NCBI RefSeq assembly: GCF_036321535.1
Contig: NC_087436.1
Coordinates: 123,134,001-123,198,000 of the forward strand
Direction of reading: 5' to 3'
Length of the DNA stretch: 64,000 nucleotides
DNA from: Camelus dromedarius
Taxonomy: Eukaryota
In this document: piece by piece, positions 1 to 13,278 of the stretch
Numbering within the stretch: position 1 is the stretch's first letter
How the letters are laid out: each line of letters begins with the position of its first letter
Notes under the pieces: model-generated
The model's database searches: none
What the model was told of the DNA's origin: nothing
The model's input: the letters and a program-made list of their open reading frames with translations, nothing else
Made by a program: the position numbers and the translations under genes

Positions 1-650
1 GGCAGCCGGCCTGGGACAGCCCCCCTGGCCTCCTTGCCAGGTGGCCTTCAGTGAAAGGCGGGGAAACCAGTGGGCATCAGCAGCCCCACTCCAGGGCCCG
101 GAAGGCAGTTACTCAGCAAAGGAAATGTTACTGCACAGCAGAAGCCACAGTTCCCTCCACAAGCATGAACCTTCTGTAAAGTCGGCTGAAAGTAGCAAAG
201 CCGACAGAGGGGGCTGACCGTGCACTGGGGGAAATGGTGGGATGGCCCACAGACGGCCTGGCAGATTCACAGAGCAAGTGTGACCCTCTGGGACAGAGGC
301 CCGACCCCTGGGCCTGGTGCTGGGACCCCAGGCCTCTCCAGATAGGCTCGGCCAGCCCACAGGGCCCTGCCTGAGAGCCGGCAAAGAAGGGGGCCAAGCA
401 GCACCAACCACGCCGTCCCACAAACCCAGAGCCCAACCAGCCTCCCTGTTTAGTCTACAGAGTAAACTGGAGACGACAGACTAGGGTGGGCGACGCACAG
501 GTGAAGAGTCGGAAAATCCAGATGTGATAGGTGGCCTGAAAAGTCAATGCTGAGGCGGGGAAGGCGGGGCGAGATGCCACCAGCGCCACACGGGGAGCCG
601 TCTGCACCAGGCTCAGGGAAGTGCCTGGGAGACGCTCTGGAGACAACGAC

Positions 651-670
651 GGGGGGGGGGGGGGGGGGGG
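651..670. repeat. G20 homopolymer
   Basis: Read directly. Confidence 0.95.
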
Positions 671-1646
671 AATGCACCAGAAATCAGCCAGCATGTGGCC
701 GGAGGGCCCTTCTCCGGGTGGAGCCTGGAGCCTCCGATGACGGGGCCTGTGGGCTCCGCCTCACTTGGGGAGCACGCCAGGCCGTCTGCAGCTGCTTTCA
801 GGTGAGCCCACAACAAACGGTGCATTTAGAAACAGATAAGCAAGTACGGCAAAACTCAGATGAGGCCTGGGTGGAGGGGGGCCAAGGGTGTTCCCTGCCC
901 AGTCTGTCAGCTTTTCTCCACTGTCCTGCTTTCTCAATGAAAACTGGTAAAAAAGGAACGTGAAATCACTTGAAATGAAAAGAAAGCCCCGTCCCCATTG
1001 CCCCTCACTGCCCGGCTGTGCCTGGGCCCTGTGGGGTGATCAGGGTGCAGTCCTGGGGTGACCTAAGAACCAAAGGAGTTAGTACACACACCACCTTCAG
1101 ATCAGGGCCTCAAAAGGCATCAAGCAAGGTCAGCTTTTAGTTACTCTTTGTCAGGCATCTATTATGGAGCAGGCCCTGCTGAGCCAGGAGATACAGCAGC
1201 TGGTGAGACCCCACAAGACCCACAGGGGACCCACAAGTTAGCAGGCTTCTCGGAGGTGGGTGGACAGCTCTCTACAGTTTGCTTATTTCTTGTTAAGCAT
1301 CTAGCATTTGCTGTTAATGTAGTAAAGTCCAGCAAATATTGATGTATTTGCCAAAAAAAAAAAACCCAGTTAATCTTTACTCTCTAAATTCACCTAAATA
1401 TTAGACGTTCTCTTCAAAATAAAAATCAACCTACCAATGGTTTTTTTAAGGACCATATTTTCTAGTGAGTTTTAGTCCTTATGGGTGAGGGTTTTTCCTT
1501 AACTCAATAGACAATTCTAAAAGTGCACGTGAGCAATGCTCATGCCTTAACCCTCTCTTCAGACGTTAAGGGTTTCATTACTGTCATTCGGGCCCTCACT
1601 TAATTCAGTGCTGTAGGGAGAAACAAGCAGATTAGAAAAGAAAGTC

Positions 1647-1748
1647 TTTTTTTTTTTTTCTTCTTTTTTAATGGAGGTACTGGGAACTGAACCGAAGACT
1701 TTCTGCATGCTGAGCATACACTTTACCACTAAGCTATACACACCCGTT
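1647..1748 (-). mobile_element. tRNA-derived SINE, camelid (Vic-1-like) type, with poly(A) tail and probable target-site duplication
   Basis: Minus strand reads GGGTGTGTATAGCTTAGTGGTAAAGTGTATGCTCAGCATGCAGAAAGTCTTCGGTTCAGTTCCCAGTACCTCCATTAAAAAAGAAG(A)n (A and B boxes); AAGTCTTT flanks both ends (1642-1649, 1749-1756). Confidence 0.8.
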
Positions 1749-2759
1749 AAGTCTTTCTATTTTTAAAGGCCTCAGTTTTTAAAACTCAATAAAAAACTAC
1801 CAACTTGTAGACCGAAGAACAGTAGTTCCATTTTTGAAGCACAATGAATTGTGCAGCATTTCTGTGATAGAAATAGCAAGTATCAGAAGGGTAATAAGAA
1901 ACCATCCCAAACCTCAACATTTCAATAATAAAAGAAAATTACATTTTTAACTTCAAAGTCAATTTTATTAACCAAATAAAGCTCCAAGGAAAATAACAAA
2001 TCCTGCCATTTAATAGATTAAAGAATAATACTATAGACCAAAACAAACCTTATTTTATAATCCAAATCATAGAACCCAAATAAAGAATTCCAATCACTGG
2101 CAGAGGGCCCTGCCCTCACACCAGCAGGTGGAACCTGGCAGGTCCAGAAACCAGAGTGGCAGCAGGGGACACCTCCCCCAGCGTGGGGACGGGTCCTTGA
2201 GGGAGGCCTCCCATGTGGCCCCCTGCATCCCAGCCCAAGTGCACACAGTGCAATCAGGCACACAGAGAGCTGCGGGCTGAGCACTGAGGCCCTTGCACAC
2301 AGCTTCCTGGAGTCACAGTCCCTACAAGAGTCAAATATCCCAAACGTATCAGGTTCTCACATCTAAAAAATGTCTTACAAAAGTCAGTTAATAATTTCTG
2401 GAGCAAAATAACTGACAGAAATAAAATGATGCTCCAGAAACAACTAAAATCGCTGCCCTTGAAGCTATCAAAGAATTCCACATCCCTGACACACACACCT
2501 ACGATTTAATTTGTGGTTTGCTACAGGTGTTCTGAATTATAAGTTAATTCCTAAAAATCTTTCCTACGTGTAATTTACCTTCCATTACGTGTAGGCCCCA
2601 GTATCACAACAGTTTCAGTCACGATGGCGACATCAGAGAAGCCTCCTAACTAAAGAGGCAGCTGACCTGCTGCAACCGAGGCCTGAACACACTACTCTGT
2701 ATACAGCTGTTAATTCGCCTGCAGGCACTACTCGGTCAGGCCCTTCTGATGGCCCAGCA

Positions 2760-3176
2760 GCCCCCGCCCCTCCCTGTACACTCACCCACGTGGAGGCCCT
2801 CCTCTCCGCGTGGGCCGGGCCTGGTGACTAGGTTCTAACAAACAGAATCCGGTAGGGTGGGATGTCACTGCCAAGATCAGGTCATGAGGCCTGTGGCCTC
2901 CTTGCTTGCTCTCCTGTTCTGAGCTGCCCCATGGACATCCTAGTCAGCAGCTGCATTAATGAGCCTGGGAGCAGATCCCCCCACATGTGAGCCTACAAAC
3001 ACGACCATAGCCCCCACTGGTCCCTTGACTGCAGCCTGATGAGACCCTGAAGCAGAGGTTCCAGCCAAGCTGTGCCCAGATTCCCAACCCACAGACACCA
3101 TTAGATAATAACTGAAGTTGTTTTAAGGCACTAAGTTTTGGGGTAATTTGCTGGGCAGCAATACACAAATAACACA
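2760..3176 (+). mobile_element. MaLR (MLT1-type) LTR remnant
   Basis: Typical 3' end: gagaccctgaagcagagg...ccagccaagctgtgcccagattcc...gttgttttaaggcactaagttttggggtaatttg...gcagcaata. Confidence 0.7.
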
Positions 3177-5329
3177 AGCTTCAAAACCCTTCAAAAATCC
3201 AAAAACAGGAAAATAAAGAATCTAACCAAATCTGAATGCCCAATTTTGCAGATCTTTTCCAAAACTTCACAAGGCAAATTAAGTCTTTTTTTTTTAAAAA
3301 AAGTAAAGTGCAATGTTAAAAAAAAAAAATAGAAGAAGTAAGCATTGAGTAAGAAGGGCCTGATTATGGTTACATTTGGCAAATAAAAGTTTCTATGCTG
3401 GACTATTTGGGGACTCCGTCCGGTTAAGATTAAGTCCTGTGAAATGTTACACTGAAAATTCAAAGCGGTTTTCTCCTAAGTAACCAAGAGTGAAGTCATG
3501 GCGCAAAATGAAACACTGAACTGACCAGTTCTAGCATCTCCCTTGGAGGTTTTAGATTTATGCCTCATCCCACTGCTCAACCTCTGGGTCAGTCTGCAAG
3601 CGAACGCAAGTCCACCTTTCCAAAAGCGCTCCTGCCTTTCTCTGGCTCGCTGGATGAGGGCGCGCTGACCCCAGGCCAGGCGGCCCGTGCCCTGGGTTTC
3701 CCACCCTCTCACACTCTCCGACACTGTCTTACTGGGCACATGCCGGAGCCCCTGCCCAGCCCAAGAGCAGCACTACTCCGTCCCCACTTCCAACTTAAAG
3801 GCAACATGAGCAAGTTCTAGGTGAGTCTGATTCAGAAGTTTCAGAGAAGCAAAGCCCCCACCCCAAGTCCTCTAACACTTTCCTTTCCTGGAGGAGAGAA
3901 GGGGCCTGATCCACTCCCCTGACACGCGTTGGGCCGACTGGCCCCAAAACACTTCCCACGGCCCACACTCCCAGCTCAGACCCCACCCCCTCCTGGGAAT
4001 TCCTGGACACTGAAAACACCTCCAGACCTTGAGAACAGGGCTCGTTTGGTGACACCACCGGAGGGAGAGGAGGGAGGAGTGGCTGAAGGTGCCTGACACT
4101 GACCACAGGGCCAAGGGAGGGAAAGGACAGCAGCCCTGGAGCAGGGGCTGGAAGAATGGGGAAGGGGGCACAGGGCTGGACTGAGGCATGGAGCCAGTGT
4201 GGACCAGGAGCCCCCTCAAGTCCCCAGAGCTGGGAGGATAGGCCCCAACCCTGCCTCACGTCTACCTCACCTGCTGAAGGTCAGAGGTTTGCGGGGCTGG
4301 CCCAGGTGCTCAGGGGCCTCACAGAGAGGGCTGGTTAGCACCTGTGGGGCTCAGGTAATCGGAATCCCTGATGCTCCAGAGCCTTTATAGCAGACAGATC
4401 CAGCTGAGTGGGATGGGCAGATTCTGGGAACCTCGGGATCCTGCCCCAGGGGCCCAAACCCTGGGGCCTAGCTTGGGTCCCAGAACTCCTTACAGTCTGC
4501 CCTGAGGTCTGGGTGCTTCTCAGAGACTCATTCAAGAGTCCTGGCCTCGCTGCGGACCTGTCTCCAAGTTCTGGCTCTCATCACTGTCCTGACCCTCCCT
4601 GAGAGCCAGCCTTCTTCAGGGTCCTGCCCCAGCTCCTAGGTGACCCACTAGGAGCATGTCATACGGCGAGAGCCTTCCACATGTCACAGTCCCAGGGTCC
4701 CAGCCTCTTGGAGGGGTTGTCCTGGGGTCCCAGAGGTACTCACAGGAATGTTCCAGGACCGTGGCCCTAATGGGGGTCAGCCCTGGGGTCCCAGTACTCT
4801 CCAGTGGGTTTATCCTGATCTCTCGATGGGCTGGTCCCAGGGTCTGGACATCCCCAGTGATCCATCCCAAGCTCCTGGCCCTTCTCAGCAACTCACCCCA
4901 GTGTGCCAGCTGTTCCGGGGTCCTGCCTGGTCCTGCAGTCTGACCCTCCTCCAGGACCTGTCTCAGGGTCCAGCCCTCTCTGATTCCTGCTGGTCCTTAG
5001 GGTTCCAGCCCTCCTTCGTGACCCACAGTGAGGTTGGACTCTACTCCATGACCCATTTCAGGGTTGGACTCTCCTAGGTGAGCTGCCTCAGGGACCGCAG
5101 TGCTTCCTGGTCCTTTTCTGGTGGGTCCCAAGATCCAGCCCTCCCCAGAAGCCCGACCAGGGGTCTGGTCCTCCCTGGTCCCTCCACGGTGAGGGTCTGG
5201 GGTCCGGTCCACCCTGGTGGCCCATCTAGGGGTTCGGTCCTTCCTGGTCCCTCCCCGGTGACCCGTCCAGGGGTCTGGTCCTCCTCGATAGCCAATTCTG
5301 GGGTCCTGTAGCTCCTAGTCCCTCCCGAA

Positions 5330-6330
5330 GCCCGTCCCGGGGTCGGGCCCACCCCGGGGTCCCGGCCCCTCGAGGGTCCAGCCCTGGCCTGGGCCTGCCG
5401 AGAGGAGCTGGGGCTCCGCAGGGAGGGCTGACGAGGACGCAGGGGCGCGGGCGGGGGTTCGGAGCCTTTCGGGCCCGGACACGGGCCGAGGCCGCGGCCT
5501 GTGGAGCGGGCGCCGCGGGCCAGCCCGGGCGGGGCGCGGACTCACTGACCTGCCGTCTCCGCTGCGGGCGAGCGGGGCGCACGCGGGGGCCGCGCCGGGA
5601 GGGGGAGGGGGCGCCGCTCCCTCCTGGTCCCCCCCAAGAGCAGGAGAAAAAAACCAGTCCGGAGTTTAAAACAAAGAGGCGGAAATGCCCGAGTGGAGCC
5701 GAGCGCAGAGTCGGGGGCGCCGCGCTTGGAGCATGCGCGTTGAGCGGCCCGGCTCCCACCCAGCAGCCGGGGCGGGGGCGGAGCCTAGAGGGGGCGGGGC
5801 AGAGTGGGAGGGGGAACAGGGCGTGGTCAGAGGTCGCAGGTGCGTCGGGGCTGGGCTCAGCCCCGGGACCTGGAGAGACGAGGGTCCTGGGGGCGGGACC
5901 TGGGGGGGGCGGTGTCAGAGAGTGTGAGTGAGGACAGGAGGGGCGTGGCCAGAGGGAGCCTCTGGGCCGGGCTCAGCAGAGAGACCCGCGAGGGGGCGGG
6001 GCCTGTCGGGGGCGGGGCGCTGTCGGCCAGGCCTGGGGGCGGGGCCGGGGCGGGGCTGGCGGACGCTGCGCCGGGCGGGGGCGCAGCTCACTTGCAGAAC
6101 CTGGTACCCTGCTGGCTGCTGGGCGTAGAGCCCGGCTCGCGGGCCAGCGGTTTCCTTCGAGGGAGGAGGTTTCCTTCTTGCATTTCTGTCCTTCCTGAGA
6201 ACTAGTACCGAGCGCCCTCAGTGCCCCAGGCGGGAGCGGGGACGCCGCGGACAGACAGGGGCCCTGCATCCCGGGCTTCCGGACATAAGGCAGCAAGGCT
6301 GACCCCAAAACTCGTTTCTGCAGGCCCCGC
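5330..6330. promoter_or_regulatory. CpG-island promoter, probably of PCGF3 (transcribed on - strand)
   Basis: Very high GC and CpG, many GGGGCGGGG boxes, NRF1-like GCATGCGC near 5730, ETS-like CGGAAAT near 5680; assignment to PCGF3 is by synteny. Confidence 0.75.
5550..5720 (-). other. PCGF3: Probable non-coding first exon of PCGF3 (5' boundary approximate); the rest of the gene lies left of the window
   Basis: Donor CAG|GTCAGTGAGT at 5550/5549 inside the CpG island; conserved gene order PDE6B-ATP5ME-MYL5-SLC49A3-PCGF3; no PCGF3 coding exon recognised in the window. Confidence 0.55.
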
Positions 6331-8559
6331 CCTGGAGCTGCAAGTAGTGACCGTGACGTCCACGCCTTCGTGGGGTCCTCACTTCAGGGGGTAGGGGGTG
6401 GAAATAGAGGAAGACGTAAATGTGGTGTCATGGGGGAAACAAGCCGGATAGGGGAGGCAGTGGGTGTTCGGAGATGGTTACAATAGAGTGAATGGGCACG
6501 GAAGGGACGCAGGAGCGAGCCCTGCAGATACCAGGGATTGGGGACAGTTCATAGGCAGGGAGTCCACCTAGCCCCTGGCCCCAAAGTGGTGGGGCGGGGC
6601 GTGAAGGATGCTTTCTAGAGATCAGCCTGAAAGCTAGAGGGTAGAAAGAAGCTAGAGATGAGGTCAGATGGTGAGGTCCCTGGGTGGGCTGAGTGAAGGG
6701 CTGTGGCCATGGGACTGGCCTCTGGGTGCCCTGTGTCTGTGAGGCGGGACTGGAACAGGAAGCTGTGCACGTGGTGGTGCCATGGAGGGCAGAAATAATG
6801 GGATCTGCTGGGGGCGCCGGCATGAAAGCAGGCAGGATGGGGCGGCTGCTGACCATCTGGGGAAGATGATGTCTCTAGAACCCCAGTGGGGCTGCTGTGA
6901 GGCTGCGGTGCAGGAGTGCAGTGGGCTTGCAGCATCTGGAGATGGTCAAGTGAGTGAATGAGGAATGGGGGACCAAGCCCCCTGCAGCCCTCCCAGAAGA
7001 GAAATTCTGGAGTCCAGGAGCAGCCAGGAAGAAAGATCCAGATGGAGCAGACCGGGGAGAAGGACCCCTAGGGATGAGAGATGTCTAGTCAACTGCTGGA
7101 GGGGTGAAGGAAGTGGGGCCCCTCAGGGGCCATGGCAAGTGCAGTGTGGGTGCAGTGTTGGGGTGAAAACGGACTGCTCGAGGGAGGAGGCAAATGCAAC
7201 TATAGACTGGAAGCCACAAACGGGACTCAGGATGCTGGGAGGAGAAGGCTGTTTTTTGTTTTGGCTGGAGCCCTGGCAGCCTCACTGCTGCTGGCTGGGC
7301 ACAGGAGGAGATTGACCATGCTGACTGAGCCCAAGTCCCCATCTAGGACTGGGGAGCAGATCCAGGGGATGGCTGGCTGCCCTACACACTGGGGGAGGCC
7401 GACCCTGGTGCAGATCTCTCCTAGCTGCTTCTGTTTATGACCCAGATCAGAAGTGGAGGCCCAGGGGACAGCAGGCCAGGAACAGCCCTAGGCCTAGGGA
7501 AAAGTGACCCCAGAAGTCATCTGACATGCCTCTGACACCGTGGCCACCTGCCTGCACATGGGGGAGAGCCAGGAGCAAGTGTGTGAGGCCTAGTCACAGC
7601 TCCACATTTGTTTCAGGCCCAGGGTCTCTCACCAGGGGTGCAGACCAGACATCTGGGCCGGTGACAACACCCCATACCTTGACCTTGAAGCCTGGGCTCC
7701 AGCTGTGTCCAGATGCCCAGCCACATCTCTGCTGGGGTTATCTCTAGGGAGCTCAGGCTCTGATGTCAGAATGTCAACTTGTGACCTACCCCCAGCCTCA
7801 TTGCAGAGATGCTGGACTCCATCCTGCCTGCCGAACAGAAGCACGGGGGTCCTTCCTCCCATGCCCAGGCCCACTGTCAGCAGATGCCTCAGAGTCTGCC
7901 ACAGGTCCCCCACCCACCCCCACCCTGGGCCATCGACTCCCCACTTGGCGCACAGGCCGCAGACTGGTCTCCTGCTTCGTTCCTGGGGCCCTTGAATTTA
8001 TTCTCAACATGTAATAGTGACTCTCATAACACATCAACCAGAGAATGTTCGTCCTCTGCCCCAAATCCTCCAGGGGCCTCACTCAGGGCAAAAGCACAAG
8101 AAGTGGGCACCGGGGCCCGAGGAAACCTGGGGTGATGGAAATGTGTGTTGTATTGTTGGTGGTGATAAGCTCCTGGGTGTAGAAATGGGTCAGAACTCAC
8201 TGAAGGGCACAGGTTACATTTGTGTGGTTATACCTCAATAGGAAAGGCCAGAAAGAAGGGACCAGAACCAGGACACAAGTAGTGAGAGGAGACTCCCACC
8301 CCACCGTGTCCATGCCGCCTCCTTCCCGGGAGCCAGTTGTCCTCACACCTCTGCCACCCAGCCATGCCCCAGGGGTGACATCCTCCACACCCAGCTGACC
8401 CCCTTCCCTGCCCTCAAGGGCCATCCTATCTGACTGAGGTTTCAGTGAGGCTGTCCTTCCTACCAACAGGACAGGACAAAACAGGCCCTCTCTCGACCAT
8501 GCACCTCACTTCTCTACTCGTCTGCAACACGACTCCTCAGAAGAGCTGTCCACACTTGC

Positions 8560-9250
8560 CCTCTCCAGTTTCCCTCCCCGTGTCATCCCATCCCCCGGGG
8601 CTTCTGCCCTCCCCAAGTAAAGCACTCTGGTCCAGGTCTGTGTCATCTCTGCAACCCCCGTGCTGCTCTCTCCTCCCAGAAATGCTCCCTCTGCCCATCC
8701 CTCTGATTAACACCTTCTCAGCCCCCCAGCCATCCTCCCCTCCTCTCCTCGAGGTCTCTCCTGGCCAGCGACCTCACAATGCCGCATGGTTTTGAGCTCT
8801 GTCCTGATGCTGGTGACCCTCCAGTGTGTGTGCAGCGATGTGCCCCTCGCTGAACAGCAGACATAATTCCTGTCAGGTTCAGGACATGACCCCTCTCCTG
8901 TCTCCACATCTCAGCCAGTGGCAGCCCCATCTTTTCTGTTCCTGGAGCACAAACACTTGGACTCATTCCTGACTCCTCTCTTTCTCTGTTATCCCACATC
9001 CAGTTCACAGGGAAGTCCTGTTGGCTCTATTGTCAAGCATGCCTTCATCCAGGCGTGGCTCCAAGCCTCCACAGCTGCTGTCCTGGCCTGAGCCCACCTG
9101 TCTCATCTGGGCTGGAGCCACAGCCTCCACCCCCGCCCCCATTCTATCCTCAACAGAGCAGCCAATGAGCTGACACCTTAACACCTCAGTCAGAGTGCAC
9201 CAGGCCTCTGCTTAGGGGCCCAGGGGCTGCTCCAAGTCCCTGAGGTCCTG
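8560..9250 (+). mobile_element. Old L2 LINE remnant (boundaries approximate)
   Basis: CT-rich stretch with L2-like motifs (cttggactcattcctgactcctctctttctct...cccacatccag...aagtcctgttggctcta). Confidence 0.5.
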
Positions 9251-12200
9251 TGCTGGGCCTGGGCCCTGCCTCAACTCTGGCTTGGCCTCCGCTCCCCTTC
9301 CTGCTCACTTTTTCCGGCTGTGCGGCCCTCCTCATGCTGAGCCCTCGCACCTGAAGGCCGAGGCCGAGCTGCTCCCAGCCTGGGTGGCTCGTCCCTGCCA
9401 CCCACACTCCTCCCACCCTCAGTCTCTGCTCACATATCTTCTGAGGCCTCTCCTGACCAATCTGGCAACAAAGCCTCGGCACTGGACAACTTACCTCGTT
9501 GGCAAGGCTCTCATCTCCTGTGTCACTGGTGGGATCGGAGGGGAGCTTGACAGCATCCAGCAAAGTATGTGGGTATTTACCCTTTGGCCCAGCAATCCCC
9601 ACAGAGGAGTTTATCCCAAAGACACACTGGCATAAATGCATCTTTGCAACAAATTATAACAGAAAAAACTGGAACAGTCCACATGCCAGCAAGTGCGGGT
9701 AATTCATAAGCTGTTGAACCTCTACACAGGGTCCTTGCAGCTGTAAAAGAGGGCCGGGACCTGGGCAGGCTGTCACCGGGCCTCCTCTAGCACCATGTCC
9801 GGGGCATATCGTTAAGACAGGCAAGAAGGATGAAGGGAGTTCAGCCTGCAACCGCTACCCAGTACGTGGAGGTCACTGTGTGCGCCACACAGTTGCCTGT
9901 GTCAGAAATCCGTGTGGATCCTGGGAAGTTGTGGCAGCAGCGGGGCTTACCTCTCCCTGAACCCCTCGTAGGACACAGAGAGGGGCAAGCGGCACAGAAG
10001 CAGTCAGCGGCCAGCACCAACTCCAGAGCCCTGGGATGAGCAGGAGGACACAGCCCCCCGTGCCTGCTGCCTGACGCCGGCATGTGTGTGGAGGCGCTGA
10101 GTTCGCCCTCCCACGGGAAGCACCTAAAACACTGGCCAGCGCTGGCAGCGCGGGCCGTGACTCCCAAGAGGAGAACAAGACAGCGTGTGCCCTACAGTGA
10201 GACTCCGGTGCAACGTGAGGAGGGAGAAGCTAGGGGCTGGGAGGCCGAGGCGCTGGAGCCAGCAGGGCCGGGGCGGGAGAGGAGGGCTGACCGCTGGGCA
10301 GAGGGTCTGAGTCCTGGCCGTGGCCTGCAGGGGGGTGTGCAGGGAGGGAGAGGCCCAGGGCTGGGACGAGCCCCCGGGAGGCCAAGGAGACACTCAGGAG
10401 ACCACACGGGCAGGGCACCGGGCCTCAGCAGTGAGAGGATGGGAAGAACAGGCCCCGACCAGGCGGGGACAAAGCCCAGGGACTGGACAGGAGCGCCCTT
10501 GGCGAGGACACGGCACCACGCCTGGTCCAGCTGCACGTAGCGGGCGTGCAGAGGGGGACCTGCGACCCACGATGACAGAGGGGGTCAGTTACCGAGGCAG
10601 GCTCACCCCAACACGACGACGTTAAAATGGTTCAGGTAAGTGTTTCCCACATGTTCAAAGGGCCGGGAAGGTGACGGGCCCACCTGAACGTGAATCAGGA
10701 TGTGGGCAAGAGCTCAGAGAGCAAAGGCACTGCTTGGAGCACCGTGGACAGGGGCCCGGCCAGCCCAGGGGGCCTCCATGGGCCTACACCGGCCACTGAG
10801 CATCAGAAGAGGGTGAGGGCAGCAGAAGGTTAAAACAAAATGTGACTGCACAGCGTCGCCGAGAGCAAACCAGCGTGGCTGTGCTGTGGAGCTCTGAGGA
10901 GCCAACTCGTAGTGTTTAAACCTGGCAAATGATGGAGAAAACCAACCATCTGCCTTCCCATATACACAGACTGCATCTCAGGGTAACCAAAGATGTGGTG
11001 AGGGGTCACTTTTCTTTGTGAATATTCCAGCTCATGAATGAAGAAGAAATATAGAATTACAATTCTGCCCTCTCACAGCCCCGATGGAAATGCCCACCCG
11101 TGTGCTAACATCACCAAAGGGAGTAGTCAGACATTTTGGGCCTTCTGAGGAAAGGGCAGCATCACCAAGAGGTCCAGCCTGACTCCAAGGGCAGCAGATC
11201 CGTATCTACGTGCCCACCTCTGCCTGTCCCAGGCGAGACCCTCTCTGTCCCAGGTCTTCCCCAGCAAGGGGAAGGAGGAGACTTGTGACCCACACACGAT
11301 GCGAGTGAGACGTGCTGCCTGGGTCAGCCCTGCCCCGTGGTGGGGAGGCAGCGGGTGCTGCTCCAGCCCCATTCCTGTGGGAGGTGCCCTTTCGTGTGCT
11401 TCTGTGTCTGGCATTTCCTCCTGCCTGTCTCTCCCTTCTTGCTCTTTCCTGCTTCCTAAGAGCGTCTCCCCAGTGCGGTGGCACTTCGTCCTTATCTCAG
11501 GCTCTGCCTCCCAGGAGACCCAGACGGAGGCTCCTGTCTCCGCTGCCTACAGGGCACACAGGTGTGGCGTGAGACCACTCTGGCTGTATCAGGAGCTGTG
11601 GCGTGAGAAACTGCTCCTTCCAGAAACAACTTGCAAGGGATTGAAGAGATACAGCAAGGGAAGCTACAGATGGAAAGGGAAGTGAGTGTTGACCAACGGC
11701 TTATTTGGGTCCTGATCAAACAAACTCAAACAAACTAAACTAGACACGCAGGCATCAGTTGGAGCGACTGGACGCTGTTGCAATATTTGATGTCAGCATG
11801 GTATCATGGTGTGTCTTTTTGAGTCCTTATCTTTCAGAGAGAGAGAGTGAAATATCTATGGATGGAAATGATACAGTGTCTGAGATTTTGTCAGGATACC
11901 TTGGGGGAGTAGGGTCAGGGAGGGGCCCAGAGAAAACAAGATTGGCCGTAGTCAATCCTTGCTGGAGTCGAGCGATGTGTCTGTGTGTATTTATTATGCA
12001 ATTCTTGCTCCCTCTGTGTTTGTTTCAAATTTTCCATAATAAAAACTTTAAGAATTGCAAGCAAATGGGCTGCTGCCCGCTCTGTGCGTTTCCCACTTTT
12101 CCCGGGGCTCACCATCTTCAGGAGCGGACAGACCGTCTTCTTTCCTCTCTGTTGTCCGCATCTCCCCTCTGGAAACCAGGCTCCCTGGAAGGCAGGGGTG

Positions 12201-13227
12201 TGTTTTGTCCCTTCTCTTCAGAGCTGTACTCCCTGCCCCTGGAGCGGTGCCTGGCCTGGAGGAGTGGGTGCATCAGCCAAGGGGCATCTGTGTGCAGCAG
12301 GAAGGCAGGTCAACGGGCAGCTGTGGCCCGGGGCTGGCCTGGCCCGTGGGTGTGGCAGAAGAGGTGGGGGACACAGAGGCAACACTTGATGAGAGAGAAG
12401 CCGAGGTTGCAGATCTGAGGGCTAACCTGACCTGGCAGATCCAGACACTAACGCGAAGAGAATGCTGAGACCCCTGACCCAGGAAAGACAGGGAAGCCAG
12501 CCACCCTCTGGCTCCTGGCCTGCTGGGGAACGGCACTCAGACCAGCAGAAGATGCCACGTCAGCAATGGCTGAAGCCGGATCCTAATTTAACCATCACCA
12601 GTGAAATAATACTCATCCCTAACTTGTGCGGTTTTTCCAACTCAAGTCTAAAACTCTCAAGAATGTCCACAAGAAGGTTGTGTGTGTGTTGAGGTGACAC
12701 ATTCTAAGACCCCTGACCTACTCAGGGAGAGCCTAAAAATACCACGTAACTTTGGAAAAGGACATTCAAAAAAGATGTGCCTATCTCATACCATATACAA
12801 AATACTAGGTTTTCAACTTTCAGCATATGCACACGAACAGATACTCGTTTCCAGGGTACATCAGAAAACTTGGTAACTACTTTTTCTTATAGATACACAA
12901 AATATGCCACACAATAGCCATAAAAATGAGATACTAATTTCAGCCACATAGAGGAAAAAGACACTCACTTCACACTTTAAACAAATAAGTTGGACACTCA
13001 CGTCTCTCACACACCCTTCATTCACTGTACATCAAAGAATTAGATGCCCACAGACAGAAAAGTTAGGTAACCATTTCACCCCATATATACGCAGAAGGCA
13101 AAACTCTCTTACACCACACAGCCTTACATAACATGCTGCGAACACACACTAGAGGCCCACCTCCCACCAGACACAGATACAAAATAGATGAATGTCAGCC
13201 ATGAGCCATGCACCACGTTACACCCAC

Positions 13228-13275
<48 letters not shown>
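13228..13275. repeat. Compound (CT)n(CA)n microsatellite
   Basis: Read directly. Confidence 0.95.

Positions 13276-13278
<3 letters not shown>

Noticed and set aside
1671..1745. Possible tRNA gene
   Set aside because: Has a poly(A) tail and flanking direct repeat, and I could not fold a convincing cloverleaf; it is a SINE.
11759..12418. 219-aa + strand ORF
   Set aside because: Non-ATG start, overlaps what look like degenerate LINE 3' remnants, no domain or splice support.
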